IMG/VR virus record: IMGVR_UViG_3300043446_004500 | Span: 1-64,000 of that record | Origin: a virus | Direction: 5' to 3' (one strand) | DNA length: 64,000 nucleotides | Made by a program: the position numbers and the translations under genes | In this document: one piece after another, positions 47,965 to 56,782 of the stretch | How the letters are laid out: every line of letters starts with the position of its first letter | Numbering within the stretch: position 1 is the stretch's first letter | The notes under the pieces: generated by a model | The model's database searches: none | Seen by the model: the letters and a program-made list of their open reading frames with translations, nothing else | Told to the model about the DNA's origin: nothing

Positions 47965-48933
47965 ATGGATTTTGTTGATGTTAAGTACATCAATTTGATT
48001 TCTTCTCGACTTCAAAGATTTAAAAAGGTCAAAAATAATCTTTATAACTTTAGGTGTCCAATATGCGGAGATTCGCAGAAAAATAAAACGAAGGCTAGGG
48101 GATACCTGTATCAAGTAAAAAACAATACAAATTATAAGTGTCATAATTGTGGATTAAATATATCCTTTAATAATTTTCTAAAACAAATTGATAATACGAC
48201 ACACAAACAATACATTTTTGAGAAATTTAAAGAGGGACATTCTGGGAAAAACTTTACTGCAGAAAAACCAAAACTGGAATTTACTGCTCCAAAATTTAAA
48301 CCGAAATTGGATCTACCAAAAGCATCTGCAAATACCTTTGCAAAAAAATATCTGGAAGATAGAAAATTAAACCCGGATAAATTTTATTACACGGACAATT
48401 TTAAATCGTGGACCAATTCTATAAAGAAAGTCTTCGATGATACTTCTAAAGATGAACCTAGGATTATTATTCCTTTGTTCTATCAAAATACACTTATCGG
48501 ATTTCAAGGAAGAGCACTTGGTCCAAATAAAGTTAAATATATCACTATAATGCTGGATGATGATGCTCCAAAAATATACGGTCTTGATGAAATCGACAAA
48601 AGTAAAACAGTCTACATTACCGAAGGTCCTTTTGATTCAACATTCATACATAACTCTATTGCACTCTGCGGTGCTGATGGTGATGTTAGTAAGTGGGGTA
48701 TTAACGACTGTGTGTGGATATATGATAACGAACCACGTAATTCAGAAATCTTATCCAGAATATCCCGTGTCATTGAAAGTGGACAAAAAATTGTAATATG
48801 GCCTTCAACTGTAAATCAAAAAGACATTAATGATATGATTTTATCTGGACTTAATGTTCAGTCTATGATAGAATTAAATACCTATTCTGGTTTAGAAGCA
48901 AAACTTAAGTTTACCACCTGGAAAAAAATATGA
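47965..48933 (+). CDS. gp61: DNA primase
   Basis: RCPICGDS, KCHNCG zinc domain, EGPFDS TOPRIM, KDINDM. Confidence 0.95.
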   Translation: MDFVDVKYINLISSRLQRFKKVKNNLYNFRCPICGDSQKNKTKARGYLYQVKNNTNYKCHNCGLNISFNNFLKQIDNTTHKQYIFEKFKEGHSGKNFTAEKPKLEFTAPKFKPKLDLPKASANTFAKKYLEDRKLNPDKFYYTDNFKSWTNSIKKVFDDTSKDEPRIIIPLFYQNTLIGFQGRALGPNKVKYITIMLDDDAPKIYGLDEIDKSKTVYITEGPFDSTFIHNSIALCGADGDVSKWGINDCVWIYDNEPRNSEILSRISRVIESGQKIVIWPSTVNQKDINDMILSGLNVQSMIELNTYSGLEAKLKFTTWKKI

Positions 48934-51230
48934 GCAACGGAACCAAAGTTAAAAAACGTGATGGAAGAATTGAGTCACTTGACCTAGAGAAGATGCACTT
49001 GATGGTTGAAGAGGCATGTAAGGGTCTTGCAGGGGTCTCTGCGAGTCAAGTTGAGATGACCTCTGGTATACAGTTTTATGATGGAATTACTACTGCAGAA
49101 ATTCAAGAGATTTTGATTCGTAGTGCTAGTGACCTAATTGATTTGGATCATCCAAATTACCAATATGTTGCTGCTCGTTTGCTCCTTTTTGCCGTTCGTA
49201 AGCAATTGTATGGAAAAATGCGAGAACTTCCTGATCTTGAACAACACATTTATAATTGTGTAAATTCTGAAGTATATGACTCTGATATTTACAGTAAGTA
49301 TTCTAAAGAAGATATTGTTAAGGCAAATTCATATATTGATCATGATCGAGATTATCTTTTCACTTATGCGGGCCTTCGTCAGGTAGTAGATAAATATTTG
49401 GTTCAGGATCGTAGTAGTGGTGGAGTATATGAAACTCCTCAGTTTATGTACATGATGATTGCTCTGACAATCTTTGCCGAATATCCCAAAGAAACAAGAA
49501 TGTCATACGTTAAGAGGTACTATGACGCAATCTCAAAACACAAAATCAACATCCCAACCCCAATCATGGCAGGAGTGCGAACTCCGCTTAGACAATTTGC
49601 TAGCTGTGTTCTTGTTGACGTTGATGACACCCTCGATAGTATCTTTAGCAGTGATATGGCTATTGGCAGATACGTTGCACAGAGGGCGGGCATCGGCATC
49701 AACGCAGGTCGAATCCGTGGCATCAATTCTAAAATCAGAGGTGGAGAAGTTCAACATACAGGTGTTGTCCCTTTCCTCAAGAAGTTTGAGGCGACTGTCC
49801 GATGCTGCACACAAAATGGCATTAGAGGTGGAAGCGCAACTGTCCACTTCCCAATTTGGCACCAAGAAATAGAGGATATTCTGGTACTAAAAAACAATAA
49901 AGGTACAGAGGATAATCGTGTTCGTAAACTTGATTACAGTATTCAAATTAGCAAACTCTTCTATGAAAGGTTCATTCAAGATGGTGAGATCACGCTTTTC
50001 TCCCCACATGATGTACCTGGACTATATGATAGCTTCGGACTCCCTAATTTTGATGATCTCTACGTTTCGTATGAAAAAGATCCGTCCATTAAGAAAAAAA
50101 CTGTTAAAGCACAGGAACTTATTCTTGACCTTCTCAAGGAACGTGCAGAAACGGGTCGTATCTACATTATGAATATTGATCATTGTAATTCTCATTCTTC
50201 ATTTAAAGATAAAGTCGAGATGAGTAATTTGTGTCAAGAGATTACTCTTCCAACATATCCAATTCAGCATATTGATGATACTAGTGGTGAAATTGCTCTT
50301 TGCATTCTTTCTGCTATTAACGTTGGTAAAGTAAAGTCTGATGAAGAACTTGAAGAACTATGCGATCTTTCAGTTCGTGGACTTGATGAACTGATTGATT
50401 ACCAGAAGTATCCTGTGGCAGCAGCAGAACTTGCTACAAAGGCACGTAGATCCCTTGGGATTGGTTTTATTGGTCTTGCTCATTATCTTGCTAAACTTGG
50501 ATTTAACTATGACTCTCAGGAGGCATGGGATGCAGTTCATGGACTTTCTGAGTCATTCCAATATTATCTCTTGAAAGCATCCAATCAACTTGCTAAAGAA
50601 AAGGGTTATTGTGAATACTTTGGACGTACTAAGTATGCTGATGGTATTCTTCCGATTGATACTTACAAAAAGGATGTAGATGAAATTTCTTCCGTCGCAT
50701 ATGAACACGATTGGGAATCTCTCAGAACTTCTATCTTGGAACACGGTCTCAGGCACTCAACACTGTCCGCACAGATGCCATCGGAGAGCAGTTCCGTTGT
50801 GTCAAATGCCACAAACGGAATTGAACCTCCTAGAGATTACTTGTCCGTTAAGAAGTCCAAAAAAGGACCTCTCAAACAGATTGTTCCGCAGTATCATACC
50901 CTTAAGAACAACTATACACTTCTTTGGGAGATGTCTAGCAATCGTGGGTATATTAATATTGTTGCAGTTATGCAGAAGTTCTTTGATCAAGCGATTTCTG
51001 GAAACTGGTCCTATAATCCAGAGAATTATGAAAACAATGAAGTTCCTACTTCAGTGATGGCGCACGATATGCTTTACTCATATTCTGTTGGTTGGAAAAC
51101 GAGTTATTATCAAAACACCTATGATATTAAGACCGATGAAGTAGTGGAAGAACCAAAACAAGACCTTCAATCACTCCTTCAAGAACTTTCTGGTGCTGAA
51201 GAGGAAGATTGCGAAAGTTGTAAAATTTGA
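48930..51230 (+). CDS. nrdA: Ribonucleotide reductase class Ia alpha subunit
   Basis: ATP cone, PTPIMAG, SNLCQEI, SYY, C-terminal CESC. Confidence 0.97.
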   Translation: MSNGTKVKKRDGRIESLDLEKMHLMVEEACKGLAGVSASQVEMTSGIQFYDGITTAEIQEILIRSASDLIDLDHPNYQYVAARLLLFAVRKQLYGKMRELPDLEQHIYNCVNSEVYDSDIYSKYSKEDIVKANSYIDHDRDYLFTYAGLRQVVDKYLVQDRSSGGVYETPQFMYMMIALTIFAEYPKETRMSYVKRYYDAISKHKINIPTPIMAGVRTPLRQFASCVLVDVDDTLDSIFSSDMAIGRYVAQRAGIGINAGRIRGINSKIRGGEVQHTGVVPFLKKFEATVRCCTQNGIRGGSATVHFPIWHQEIEDILVLKNNKGTEDNRVRKLDYSIQISKLFYERFIQDGEITLFSPHDVPGLYDSFGLPNFDDLYVSYEKDPSIKKKTVKAQELILDLLKERAETGRIYIMNIDHCNSHSSFKDKVEMSNLCQEITLPTYPIQHIDDTSGEIALCILSAINVGKVKSDEELEELCDLSVRGLDELIDYQKYPVAAAELATKARRSLGIGFIGLAHYLAKLGFNYDSQEAWDAVHGLSESFQYYLLKASNQLAKEKGYCEYFGRTKYADGILPIDTYKKDVDEISSVAYEHDWESLRTSILEHGLRHSTLSAQMPSESSSVVSNATNGIEPPRDYLSVKKSKKGPLKQIVPQYHTLKNNYTLLWEMSSNRGYINIVAVMQKFFDQAISGNWSYNPENYENNEVPTSVMAHDMLYSYSVGWKTSYYQNTYDIKTDEVVEEPKQDLQSLLQELSGAEEEDCESCKI

Positions 51231-51238
51231 CGAAAGTG

Positions 51239-51274
51239 TAAAGACCTGTTATTATAAATAGTAATAGGTCTTTA
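51239..51274 (+). promoter_or_regulatory. Hairpin with late promoter at its apex, ahead of the endonuclease start
   Basis: TAAAGACCTGTTATTA / TAGTAATAGGTCTTTA arms; TATAAATA at 51253-51260. Confidence 0.7.
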
Positions 51275-51283
51275 TTTTATCTT

Positions 51284-51973
51284 ATGGAAGGTCGTATTTA
51301 CAAAATAACAAATCAATCCAATGGTAAGTTCTATGTTGGTATGACCAGAAAGAAATTGAAATATAGATTTAATAATCATTGTTATGATGCATTAATTAGA
51401 AACTCAAATTCTTATTTTCATAAAGCAATAAGAAAATATGGTAAAGAAAATTTTATCATTGAAGAAATTGAGGTGTGTGAAAAAAATTTGCCCGATAGAG
51501 AAGTATTTTGGATTTCTAAATTAAAACCTGATTATAACCAAACTATTGGTGGAGATAATGGTATTCTTGGATTTAGACATACCGAAGAAACTAAAAACTT
51601 TCTTTCCAAAAAAAGAAAGGGAAAATATACTGGAGAAAAAAATCCTTTTTATGGGCAGCATCATACACAAAAAACAAAAGATAAACTAAGTCAAATGAGA
51701 AAAGGACAACCATCACCTTGCGGATTTGCTGGAAAATCACATAAAGAGGAAAGTAAATCTAAAACTTCTCAAACACTTAAAAATAATCCAAATGTAAAAA
51801 GAACCAAAGTATTTCAGTATGATATTGAAGGAAACTTTTTAAGGGAGTTCCAATCTATTAGTGATGCTTCTAAATTCGTAGGAACAACTCCTTCTAATAT
51901 AAAATATACCTGCGAAGGAAAATTTAATCATTGTAAAGGATATAAATGGAGTTATGAAAAACTAAATACCTAA
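51284..51973 (+). CDS. Free-standing GIY-YIG homing endonuclease (NUMOD3 repeats + NUMOD1/HTH)
   Basis: GRIYKITN...FYVGMT, REVFWI, YN..GG; HTEETK, HTQKTK; VFQYD.EG.F..EF.SI..A. Confidence 0.9.
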   Translation: MEGRIYKITNQSNGKFYVGMTRKKLKYRFNNHCYDALIRNSNSYFHKAIRKYGKENFIIEEIEVCEKNLPDREVFWISKLKPDYNQTIGGDNGILGFRHTEETKNFLSKKRKGKYTGEKNPFYGQHHTQKTKDKLSQMRKGQPSPCGFAGKSHKEESKSKTSQTLKNNPNVKRTKVFQYDIEGNFLREFQSISDASKFVGTTPSNIKYTCEGKFNHCKGYKWSYEKLNT

Positions 51974-51986
51974 AAACAAATAAGAA

Positions 51987-52451
51987 ATGAAAACATTTCA
52001 AGAGTTTATTGCAGAAGCAAAAAGAATAAAATTTTATACATTACATCACGGCACTTCTCCTGAAGCAAAAAAATCAATTCAACAATCTGGATTTAGAAAT
52101 TCTGGTTCTGCTGGTGCTTATGGTCCTGGAGTATATACTTCTACTAATAGAAGAGTAGCAAATGTACACGGGAGTAGTACAATAACTATGAGAGTTCCTG
52201 CAAAGAAAGTAAAAACAATGGATATTAAACCTAAATCTCAATCTGGAACTAATGCATTAGATAAAGGTGAAACTGCAGTTAGAATACCAAATGCAGGAAC
52301 AAGAACAAGTGCATATAGAAATCTAAAAGGAAAAAAACATTTTGTTGTAGTTGATAAAGATGTAGCAAATAAAAATGTTGTAAAAAATCCTTCACCTACA
52401 CTTAAATCTGGTAAAGACAAAAGAACAAAAACACAACCAAAGAAAAAATAA
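51987..52451 (+). CDS. PARP-like ADP-ribosyltransferase-fold protein with T4 capsid-targeting sequence
   Basis: MKTFQEFIAE|A; LHHGTS...I...GF.......YGPGVY......A. Confidence 0.65.
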   Translation: MKTFQEFIAEAKRIKFYTLHHGTSPEAKKSIQQSGFRNSGSAGAYGPGVYTSTNRRVANVHGSSTITMRVPAKKVKTMDIKPKSQSGTNALDKGETAVRIPNAGTRTSAYRNLKGKKHFVVVDKDVANKNVVKNPSPTLKSGKDKRTKTQPKKK

Positions 52452-52546
52452 AACCATTTAATTAACTGGCACATACTATCTTGTTAAGTGTCAGTTAATG
52501 CTTTATAATGACTTTGTTGGTAAAATCTAAAGCATTAGGTGAAGTT

Positions 52547-52741
52547 ATGATTAAAAAGCAATATCCTTTTGTTGAAACTCCTAAACCTGTGAACGAAATG
52601 ACGCAGGATGAATTGACTTATTTTCTCAACAAAAGTTTTCCAGATGGCAAAATAATTCCAGATTACATCGTGACAGAATGGACTATTCCTTGGTGGGCAA
52701 TTGCTTTAGGTTTGCTTGTCTTTATTTTAATCGTATTATGA
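52547..52741 (+). CDS. Small membrane protein
   Basis: C-terminal hydrophobic helix; TTGTTA-17-TATAAT promoter at 52481-52509. Confidence 0.5.
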   Translation: MIKKQYPFVETPKPVNEMTQDELTYFLNKSFPDGKIIPDYIVTEWTIPWWAIALGLLVFILIVL

Positions 52742-52804
52742 AATCCAAATATTTTTTAGAGGTAAATAGAATGTGTGAGTTAAGTTCAGTAGAGGAGGGA
52801 GAGT

Positions 52805-53995
52805 GTGAATCCTGTGCAGTTTAAGATTTCTTCCACAGAAGAACCCCAAACAAATATTAAAGGAATGACTGTATTTAATACTGAAAAAGTTGACACTAAA
52901 AAACAACCAATGTTTTTTGGAAAACCTCTTGGAATTCAGAGATACGATTCATACAAATATCCCGTATTTGATAAATTAACAACCCAACAACTTGGATATT
53001 TCTGGAGACCTGAAGAGGTTTCTCTCCAGAAGGATCGTGGAGATTATCAAACACTTCGTCCTGAACAAAAACATATCTATACTTCTAATTTGAAATATCA
53101 GATCATGCTTGATTCTGTTCAGGGTCGTGGTCCTGGTATGGCATTTATTCCATATTGTTCTCTTCCTGAATTGGAAGCATGTATGGAAGTATGGGGATTT
53201 ATGGAGATGATCCATTCACGTTCATACACTTATATCATTAAGAACGTTTATTCGGACCCTTCTGAGGTGTTTGATACTATTATTCAAGATGAACGCATTC
53301 TAGAACGTGCTAAGAGTGTTACGGAGTCATATGATGACTTTATTCAATCAGCACAAAGTTATGGTACATCCAATGCTTGGATGCATAATCTTGAGGGAGT
53401 TTCATATGCAAAGGAATCAATCAACGATGTCAAAAGAAAACTTTACAGGGCAGTTGCGAACGTGAATATCCTTGAGGGTATTCGTTTTTATGTTTCTTTT
53501 GCTTGCAGTTTTGCTTTTGGTGAACTAAAACTCATGGAAGGATCCGCTAAAATCATTTCTCTTATCGCAAGAGACGAAAACCAACATCTAGCAATTACTC
53601 AAAATATTCTAAACAAGTGGAGGGATGGTGACGATCCTGAGATGAAGCAGATTATGAAAGAAGAAGAAGAGTGGACGTATAAGATGTTTGATATTGCTGT
53701 AAATGAAGAAAAGCGTTGGGCAGATTATCTGTTCAAAGATGGAAGTATGATTGGTCTGAATGATAAACTTCTTCAGCAATATGTTGAATGGATTGCTAAT
53801 CGTCGTCTAAAATCTATTGGTCTTAAACCTCAATATGATATTTCGGCAAACAATAACCCTCTTCCATGGACTCAGCACTGGATTTCTTCCAAAGGTCTTC
53901 AGGTTGCTCCACAAGAAACGGAAATCGAAAGTTACGTAGTTGGAGGAATTAAGCAAGATGTTACCAAAAATACTTTTGCAGGATTCCAACTATGA
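52805..53995 (+). CDS. nrdB: Ribonucleotide reductase beta subunit
   Basis: FWRPEEV, E.IHSRSY, EGIRFY, DENQH, QVAPQE. Confidence 0.97.
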   Translation: MNPVQFKISSTEEPQTNIKGMTVFNTEKVDTKKQPMFFGKPLGIQRYDSYKYPVFDKLTTQQLGYFWRPEEVSLQKDRGDYQTLRPEQKHIYTSNLKYQIMLDSVQGRGPGMAFIPYCSLPELEACMEVWGFMEMIHSRSYTYIIKNVYSDPSEVFDTIIQDERILERAKSVTESYDDFIQSAQSYGTSNAWMHNLEGVSYAKESINDVKRKLYRAVANVNILEGIRFYVSFACSFAFGELKLMEGSAKIISLIARDENQHLAITQNILNKWRDGDDPEMKQIMKEEEEWTYKMFDIAVNEEKRWADYLFKDGSMIGLNDKLLQQYVEWIANRRLKSIGLKPQYDISANNNPLPWTQHWISSKGLQVAPQETEIESYVVGGIKQDVTKNTFAGFQL

Positions 53996-54107
53996 TGAAT
54001 GGTGCGAACAGGCAATCATAAATGCCTATAGAGAGGCTGCAGAATGTGATGAGTTTATGTTCGGAGATTATGACTTTTGTAACGAATGGTTGGGTGCAAA
54101 TGAATAG
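53958..54107 (+). CDS. Small acidic protein overlapping the nrdB end (49 aa)
   Basis: MLPKILLQDSNYDEWCEQAIINAYREAAECDEF...; followed by terminator at 54112-54134. Confidence 0.4.
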   Translation: MLPKILLQDSNYDEWCEQAIINAYREAAECDEFMFGDYDFCNEWLGANE

Positions 54108-54134
54108 ATATAGGAGGTTATACCTCCTTTTTTT

Positions 54135-54290
54135 ATGTCAAAAAATCAACTTACAAAAGATGAATTAAGAGTTCGTGTTTTAAAACTAAAAGATAGATTA
54201 TATAAAGATCAACCAAGTTGGGACTCTAAAGGTCTTGCCCATAAATATCTGAATGCAGTTCTTGACATAATTGATGAGTACAGATATTGA
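54135..54290 (+). CDS. Small hypothetical protein (51 aa)
   Basis: MSKNQLTKDELRVRVLKLK...LAHKYLN.VLD. Confidence 0.5.
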   Translation: MSKNQLTKDELRVRVLKLKDRLYKDQPSWDSKGLAHKYLNAVLDIIDEYRY

Positions 54291-54717
54291 CTATGAGAAT
54301 CCTTGGAACTATAATGGAGTTCCATTTACTAGTGCAGACATTAATGATTATTTTGGGTTTGTTTATTTGATAGAAAATAAACTGAATGGTAGAAAATATA
54401 TTGGCAGAAAATATCTATGGAGTTTTAGAACTCCTAAAGGTAAAAAAAGAAAAGTAAAATCAGAATCAGATTGGAAAAAATACTATGGGTCTTGTCCGGA
54501 ACTTAAAGAAGACATTGAAAAATTTGGCAGAGAAAATTTTAGTAGAACTATCTTATCATTACATAAAACAAAGGGCAAAACAAACTACGAAGAGACACGA
54601 CAACTTTTCACAAATAACGTACTCACGGAGTCCCTTGACAACGGATATCCAGCCTATTACAATAGTAACATCCTCTCAAGGTACTACCGAAAAGATTACT
54701 ATGGAAACCCAGATTGA
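54274..54717 (+). CDS. Short GIY-YIG nuclease
   Basis: GFVYLIEN...KYIGRK, SDWKKYYGS, YYN.NI. Confidence 0.8.
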   Translation: MSTDIDYENPWNYNGVPFTSADINDYFGFVYLIENKLNGRKYIGRKYLWSFRTPKGKKRKVKSESDWKKYYGSCPELKEDIEKFGRENFSRTILSLHKTKGKTNYEETRQLFTNNVLTESLDNGYPAYYNSNILSRYYRKDYYGNPD

Positions 54718-54910
54718 TCCTGTTAATTATGTTCGTGACTGGGCAATTGAAAAAATTGAACTTCTGCATGAAGCAGATCGTCACAGGAATGCAAAAGCAC
54801 TTCTAGCAGAGTTTGATGAGTGGATTAATCTTCCAGAAGGTGAAGATGAAATCAATTATCTGTGCCTTGAAGATGATACATGGGGTGATCAAGAAATTGA
54901 TGTACGGTAA
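54701..54910 (+). CDS. Small hypothetical protein
   Basis: METQIDP...ALLAEFDEWI; probable start 54701. Confidence 0.5.
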   Translation: METQIDPVNYVRDWAIEKIELLHEADRHRNAKALLAEFDEWINLPEGEDEINYLCLEDDTWGDQEIDVR

Positions 54911-55092
54911 ACCAAATTATTGACAAAACCTAAATATTAACTTATTATGGTAAAAACCGATCTAGGTTCCCCATTATGAGTGGGGTTTTCTTATTATGAG
55001 TCTTTGATATTGATTTAGAGCCGTGGGCACTGCCCCTTGAGAAAGGGGAACTTCTCCTTTGCCTATACGGATGTAGAGTTCTATTAATTTTA

Positions 55093-55455
55093 ATGCTTTT
55101 AAAAACACTTTCAATTATTGCTATTGCCACTGTAGGACTAGCACCCCTTCAAGCAAAAGCAGCGAGCGGATGTTCCCTCGCATCACATTATGGAATCGGT
55201 GATGGATATCATGGCAGAATTACTGCAAGTGGAGAAACATTCAATGCTTATGGTAAATCTGTTGCACATCGTTGGTTGCCATTTGGTACGAAACTGAGGG
55301 TGACTAATCAATCAAATGGTAAATCAGTGATTGTGCGTGTAAATGATCGTGGACCTTATGTTGGTGGCAGAGATCTTGATCTATCATATGGTGCATTCTC
55401 TTCTATTGCTTCACCAAGTCAAGGCGTTGCCAACATTTGCTATGCTCAGATCTAA
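55093..55455 (+). CDS. rlpA: RlpA-like DPBB lytic transglycosylase with signal peptide
   Basis: AS.YG, TASGE.F, AH..LPFGT, VRVNDRGPY, DLS..AF; TTGACA-17-TATTAT promoter at 54920. Confidence 0.85.
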   Translation: MLLKTLSIIAIATVGLAPLQAKAASGCSLASHYGIGDGYHGRITASGETFNAYGKSVAHRWLPFGTKLRVTNQSNGKSVIVRVNDRGPYVGGRDLDLSYGAFSSIASPSQGVANICYAQI

Positions 55456-55534
55456 TTAGGTAATAAATAAGGGTGAGTGCTGCAGACCTTACCCTTTCTT
55501 AGTATATAAATAATTTTTTTTAAATTGGAGTATT

Positions 55535-55726
55535 ATGTCGGATACCGTACAAAAAATGCTTGAGGCATTTGAAAATTTGAAAATTGAAGATGAAAAATTT
55601 GTAAATGGTAATAGTTCTGCTGGAACTAGAGCACGTAAAGCACTTCAAGAAATTGCACAACTTGCAAAAGCACGTAGAGTAGAAATTACAGAGGAGAAGA
55701 ATGCTCGTAAAGGAGCAAATACCTGA
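55535..55726 (+). CDS. Histone H1-like (Hc1-family) small protein
   Basis: KF..GN..AGTRARKAL.E...LAK..R.EI. Confidence 0.65.
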   Translation: MSDTVQKMLEAFENLKIEDEKFVNGNSSAGTRARKALQEIAQLAKARRVEITEEKNARKGANT

Positions 55727-55764
55727 ACCATAAATACATGGGAGTGTGATGCTTTTCTTTCCTT

Positions 55765-56163
55765 ATGTTCAAATTTAGTTTTGGAAAAAAGAAAGCAACA
55801 ATAAAAACAATACTTATACTTAGTTTAATAGTTGCAGCACTCTCTTCTTTTTTTAAAATTGAAGACAAATATATTTGGGATATTATTTACGAAACCTTAG
55901 TAAAGTATCAACCAGATTCTCCACTTATACCAGAATTGCAGAAAGATTCTGGTATAGTGGAAAGAAAATCAAAAAGAACCGTTGATAAAGCAATCTATGA
56001 TTATGAACGGTTGACAGGGGACGATGGAACTGTTAGAATTCCATCACCACGACATTCGGAGAAACCAGTAGACACCTCTGTGTGCTACACTTCCGAATGT
56101 CAGGCATTAGGAGGAGAAATCCGACTCTGTGCTCCTTGGGTTGACGACTGCCCTAAGGACTGA
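55765..56163 (+). CDS. Hypothetical protein with N-terminal transmembrane segment and C-terminal Cys motif
   Basis: CYT.EC.ALGGE.RLCAPW; late promoter at 55729. Confidence 0.55.
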   Translation: MFKFSFGKKKATIKTILILSLIVAALSSFFKIEDKYIWDIIYETLVKYQPDSPLIPELQKDSGIVERKSKRTVDKAIYDYERLTGDDGTVRIPSPRHSEKPVDTSVCYTSECQALGGEIRLCAPWVDDCPKD

Positions 56164-56255
56164 TATAATAATCTCACAGGCAACAGGGGTCCAAACCTTG
56201 TGTAAGTCCTACACCTTCCATGCCTCTCAACGATGCACAAACAGGAAGGTCTCTT

Positions 56256-56329
56256 GTCTCAGTAGCTCAGTTGGATAGAGCATCTGCCTTCTAAGCAGTT
56301 GGTCGGGGGTTCAAGTCCCTCCTGAGACG
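56256..56329 (+). tRNA. tRNA-Arg(TCT)
   Basis: Cloverleaf; anticodon loop CTTCTAA. Confidence 0.9.
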
Positions 56330-56369
56330 TTTGACAATCAAACTTAAGTAGTTTATGATTGTCTCATAT

Positions 56370-56441
56370 GCGGAGTTAGTTCAGCGGTAGAACGCTATCC
56401 TTCCAAGTTAGATGTCGTCGGTTCGATTCCGATACTCCGCT
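56370..56441 (+). tRNA. tRNA-Gly(TCC)
   Basis: Cloverleaf; loop CTTCCAA; own TTGACA-17-TATGAT promoter at 56331-56359. Confidence 0.88.
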
Positions 56442-56499
56442 CTTGGAGATTATTCTCCATATATAAAAGTGATGGAGCATAAGTCCCTGTTATATTCTT

Positions 56500-56718
56500 A
56501 TGAAGTATATTACACTTATGTCATCAATCTTATTCTTTATGAAGGAAGAAGTTAATTCTATAAACATCGCAAGACTTCTAAGTGAACTTGAAGGTTCATA
56601 TGTCCTCACCAAATATATGGGATTTGAGGATGATATGAAAATTCTTGACGAAATGAAAAAACGATTTTATAAACTTTATTTCAAACTTTATAAAGAAGAA
56701 AAAAATAATGGGGTGTAG
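56500..56718 (+). CDS. Small hypothetical protein (start uncertain)
   Basis: 72 aa; the end overlaps tRNA-Asn. Confidence 0.45.
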   Translation: MKYITLMSSILFFMKEEVNSINIARLLSELEGSYVLTKYMGFEDDMKILDEMKKRFYKLYFKLYKEEKNNGV

Positions 56719-56781
56719 CTCAGCGGTAGTAGCGGGATGCTGTTAACATCTAGGTCGCAGGTTCGATCCCTGCCGCCCCAG
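56709..56781 (+). tRNA. tRNA-Asn(GTT)
   Basis: Cloverleaf; loop CTGTTAA. Confidence 0.88.
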
Positions 56782-56782
56782 T

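Noticed and set aside
54274-54717. Third GIY-YIG gene as another endonuclease-cargo cassette
   Set aside because: Short, with no NUMOD DNA-binding tail, no late-promoter hairpin and no labelled cargo downstream; more likely a resident nuclease.
56176-56255. Structured leader before tRNA-Arg (ACCTTCC/GGAAGGT)
   Set aside because: Only one convincing stem; may simply be a tRNA precursor leader.
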